Below the pieces are notes generated by a model. The model was given only the letters and a program-made list of their open reading frames with translations, was not told the origin of the DNA and made no database searches. From Podarcis filfolensis (lineage: Eukaryota): a DNA stretch of 64,000 bases. The translations under genes were made by a program, and so were the position numbers. Positions 61,301 to 64,000 of the stretch are shown here, piece after piece. Position 1 is the first letter of the stretch, and each line of letters opens with the position of its first letter. The stretch lies in the NCBI GenBank assembly GCA_964270895.1, contig OZ185440.1; one strand, written 5' to 3'.

Positions 61301-62768
61301 TTTAAAGTTATGTTGCTCATAACAGCTGGAACAGGGGCAATGTTGCTTACTCCCCCGTTACTGATTTAATATTGCAGTGAATGCGGAAAATTGATTAAAC
61401 TCTGCAAGTGGCCAAAAGTTTATTCTGATCAAGCTTTAAGTTTCAAGCTTGGAACTGTTCAAACGAAATGGTTAGAGTTTGTGGCTCTGTAATATTTTTC
61501 CAAGTTTCAGGGCCACTGAAGGAATAGCCACTTCTTTTTTCATTTTCCCTATAGGGAAAGTTTAACTGAAACTTTTGCCTATACTGAGTTTTGAGGTACA
61601 CTTCATTTTATTGGCATTTCAGCTATTTAAAACTTTCAAAAATCACTTAAGTTCGTTCAATAAACTGAGTGCTCCCTCGAGATCCCCCCCAAAAAAACCC
61701 TTTCCTCAATGGGGGTTTGTTTGCTTGCTTCATCTTTGCTTTACCCATGAAAACATTTTTAGAGAATCTGAAGTATGAATAATTAGGCTCTGTACAAATT
61801 ATTGACCTGCTATGGCAGCATCAAAGCATTATGCTTAGTCTGCTGAATTTGTGCTTGGCAGTGCTAAATACCTGTAGTGGCAGCTTCCTTTCAGCAGTGT
61901 ATGAAATAGTATCCAATAAAATTTCATGTCATCTTTCAGATTCATTCCAATTTTTGCACATAAAAACAAACCAAGGAATTTATAGTCTTCTGTTTGTTGT
62001 CATGAAGAAATGGATGCATCGTTTTAATTAGTGAGTCAATAAAACATTCTACATTAATTTGTTTCACTGCTTTCGGTATCCTGCTTCTCTGGGTATGTTT
62101 AGTTGTTACAGTTATTGGGCTCAATGATTCATTATATATTTGCATAAATTTGTTGGTTCCTATGATTTATGAGAATCCTAACTTCAAACAATCTTTGGGC
62201 AAAGATGTGGCTGAACTGAGAGTGCTGGTTATATAAATATATAAAATGAGATCCATCACATTAGACATGTATGACATCAGATTTTCTTTACACGGCCATA
62301 CATTTTTATCAAATTCACGTATTTATAGATGTGAGAGCCTTGATCAGCAGGGTGTGTGAAACAGAACTAATCAGCAAAGTCTCATGTTTTGAGGGTTTTA
62401 AAAAACAGCCTACTGATGTAATGATTTCTAGCCCAGGGAAGCTAGATTTGCTGAACATAGTAAACCTGGTGAGACTTATTTCATTTAATCTACGAAGCAG
62501 AAGGGTTTAGATATAGAATGGCACACTAGGTTGTTTTATACCTAAGCCCATCTGGTCATCCATCAGTCATGTTTTGGGATGTCTACATCTTCGCTTTCGT
62601 TTTTTTTTTGGTTCCCTCCTGATGGTTCGGCATAGGGTTCGCCAACTGGGATCTGTAGACAAAAACGTCAGGAGGCCGCTGGATCTGTGAAGGCTCTTTT
62701 AGTGTTACATGTGAGCCAGTTTTGTGTTTTTGAAGTTGACTTGTTTCCACCAACCGTAATTAAGACTA

Positions 62769-63010
62769 CAGTAGTACCTCTGGTTACGAACTTAATTCGT
62801 TCCGGAGGTCCATTCTTAAGCCGAAACCATTTTTAACATGAGACGTGCTTTTGCTAATGGGGCCTCCTGCTGCTGCTGCGTCTCTGGCGCGCGACTTCTG
62901 CTTGCATCCCAGGGCAAAGCTCGCAACTAGGGACATCTACCTCTGGGTTAGCGGAGCTCGTTACCCGAAGCATTCGTAAGGAGGACGGTATGTAACCCAA
63001 GGTTCCACTG
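62769..63010. mobile_element. Tigger/pogo-like MITE, same family as 60403 but inverted
   Basis: TA|CAGTAGTACCTCTGGTT...AACCCAAGGTTCCACTG|TA; internal GCTAATGGGGCCTCCTGCTGCTGC is the reverse complement of the 60403 core. Confidence 0.85.
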
Positions 63011-63489
63011 TACTACAGTTTCCCTGAGTGTGAATGTCACAGCAAACTGGTTGGTCTAAAACAGAAGTGAAAATGTCCAGAGTAATTGTTGCAGCCATGC
63101 TGGCTGGGAAGGGCAGAGGGTGCAAGCTTGAGGCTCACTGCGGGAAATATGTAGACACAAAAGAGGAAAGGGAAAATAGAACCGTCATTCTGTCTCAAGA
63201 CAGGCAGACACATGCACCAGCACACACAAAGACTTTACTGCCTTCTCTCATCCTGTGTCAGATCAGTGGGACAAAAATAATGTGGGAAAGAAGAAACAAA
63301 AATATGTTTTTCTAAAAGTATTTTGAAGTGACAGATCACCTCCTTTTTATAAAAAAAATCAAAGGCATTCTCCCTCATGTAGTAGTGGCAACTTCTTCAT
63401 ACTGTTTGTTTCCCTGATAAACACAGAACCCTGTGCTCTCTCTTCTCACCCACCCACCCAATACCAATTGGGATAGTTAGGAGGACCTA

Positions 63490-63535
63490 CCTCGATGGCC
63501 CTTGTGGTCTCTTCCAACTCTATGATTCTATGATC
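63490..63535 (+). mobile_element. CR1 extreme 3' tail
   Basis: CTCGATGGCCCTTGTGGTCTCTTCCAACTCTATGATTCTATGAT, same as 23343-23388. Confidence 0.8.
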
Positions 63536-64000
63536 CTACCTTGCTCAGTTTGTTTTGGTTACTCCCGGGGAAAAGGGATTATGTTATTTTTCAAGAACCT
63601 GCCATGGGGGAAGGGAGGAGAGGAGAGAAGAAAAGATCCCATCAGAGTTCACAACACTCTCTCTTTATCTAAGAGGGGAGGATAGAATGGAATTTCTTTT
63701 TTAGCAAAGGGGGTGCAAGGGTGAGGAGTAAATAAGGGCTTGCTGCATATTTCTATGTTGGTTTCTTTGTTGGTGTGGTTCTTAATTCAACCTGCGAATC
63801 TCTGGCAAAAAGGTGTTCTATTTCTTGAGGAACAGATTTCTGTATTGCAGGGGCTTGAACTAGATGATCCTCGTGGTCCCTTCCAACAGTATAATTCTAT
63901 CATTCTTTGATTCTTATATATTTCTGCATCTGGAGGAAGATGCCTGTTTTGACCTTATAGGGCTTACCTTTAGTGTTCTTCTGAAGATTAATATCTCCTT

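Noticed and set aside
59385-64000. BCAS4 exon 3 (IRSDTSQIL-like)
   Set aside because: No matching peptide with splice sites found; probably beyond the window

Overview
Vertebrate DNA from a squamate reptile, probably a lacertid lizard (Sauria/Squam1 SINEs with the ACCTTT tail, Bov-B, Squam2/Squam3-like SINEs). It has two scaffold gaps (2800-3230, 7106-7285). The window holds the complete three-exon PARD6B gene on + (19403-38385, 376 aa; PB1, semi-CRIB, PDZ) and the first two coding exons of BCAS4 on + (50253-50450, 59313-59384), in the gene order known from human 20q13. Each gene has a CpG-island promoter. The rest is a dense layer of retroposons (Sauria SINE, Bov-B, CR1, L2, solo LTRs, Penelope-like relics) and DNA-transposon MITEs (hAT, Tigger-like). 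Most notable: (1) a TSD-flanked Penelope-like remnant carrying a minimal hammerhead-ribozyme core, sense to PARD6B in intron 2; (2) a tRNA-Lys(CUU)/CR1-tail SINE at the edges of both CpG islands; (3) a young hAT MITE with GGGTTA units; (4) a Tigger-like MITE loaded with NRF1/ETS motifs; (5) two dispersed short palindromic repeat families, one copy in the PARD6B 3' UTR; (6) inverted repeat pairs in three introns. All calls were made by eye. Family names are recalled rather than searched, and boundaries of old repeats are approximate.
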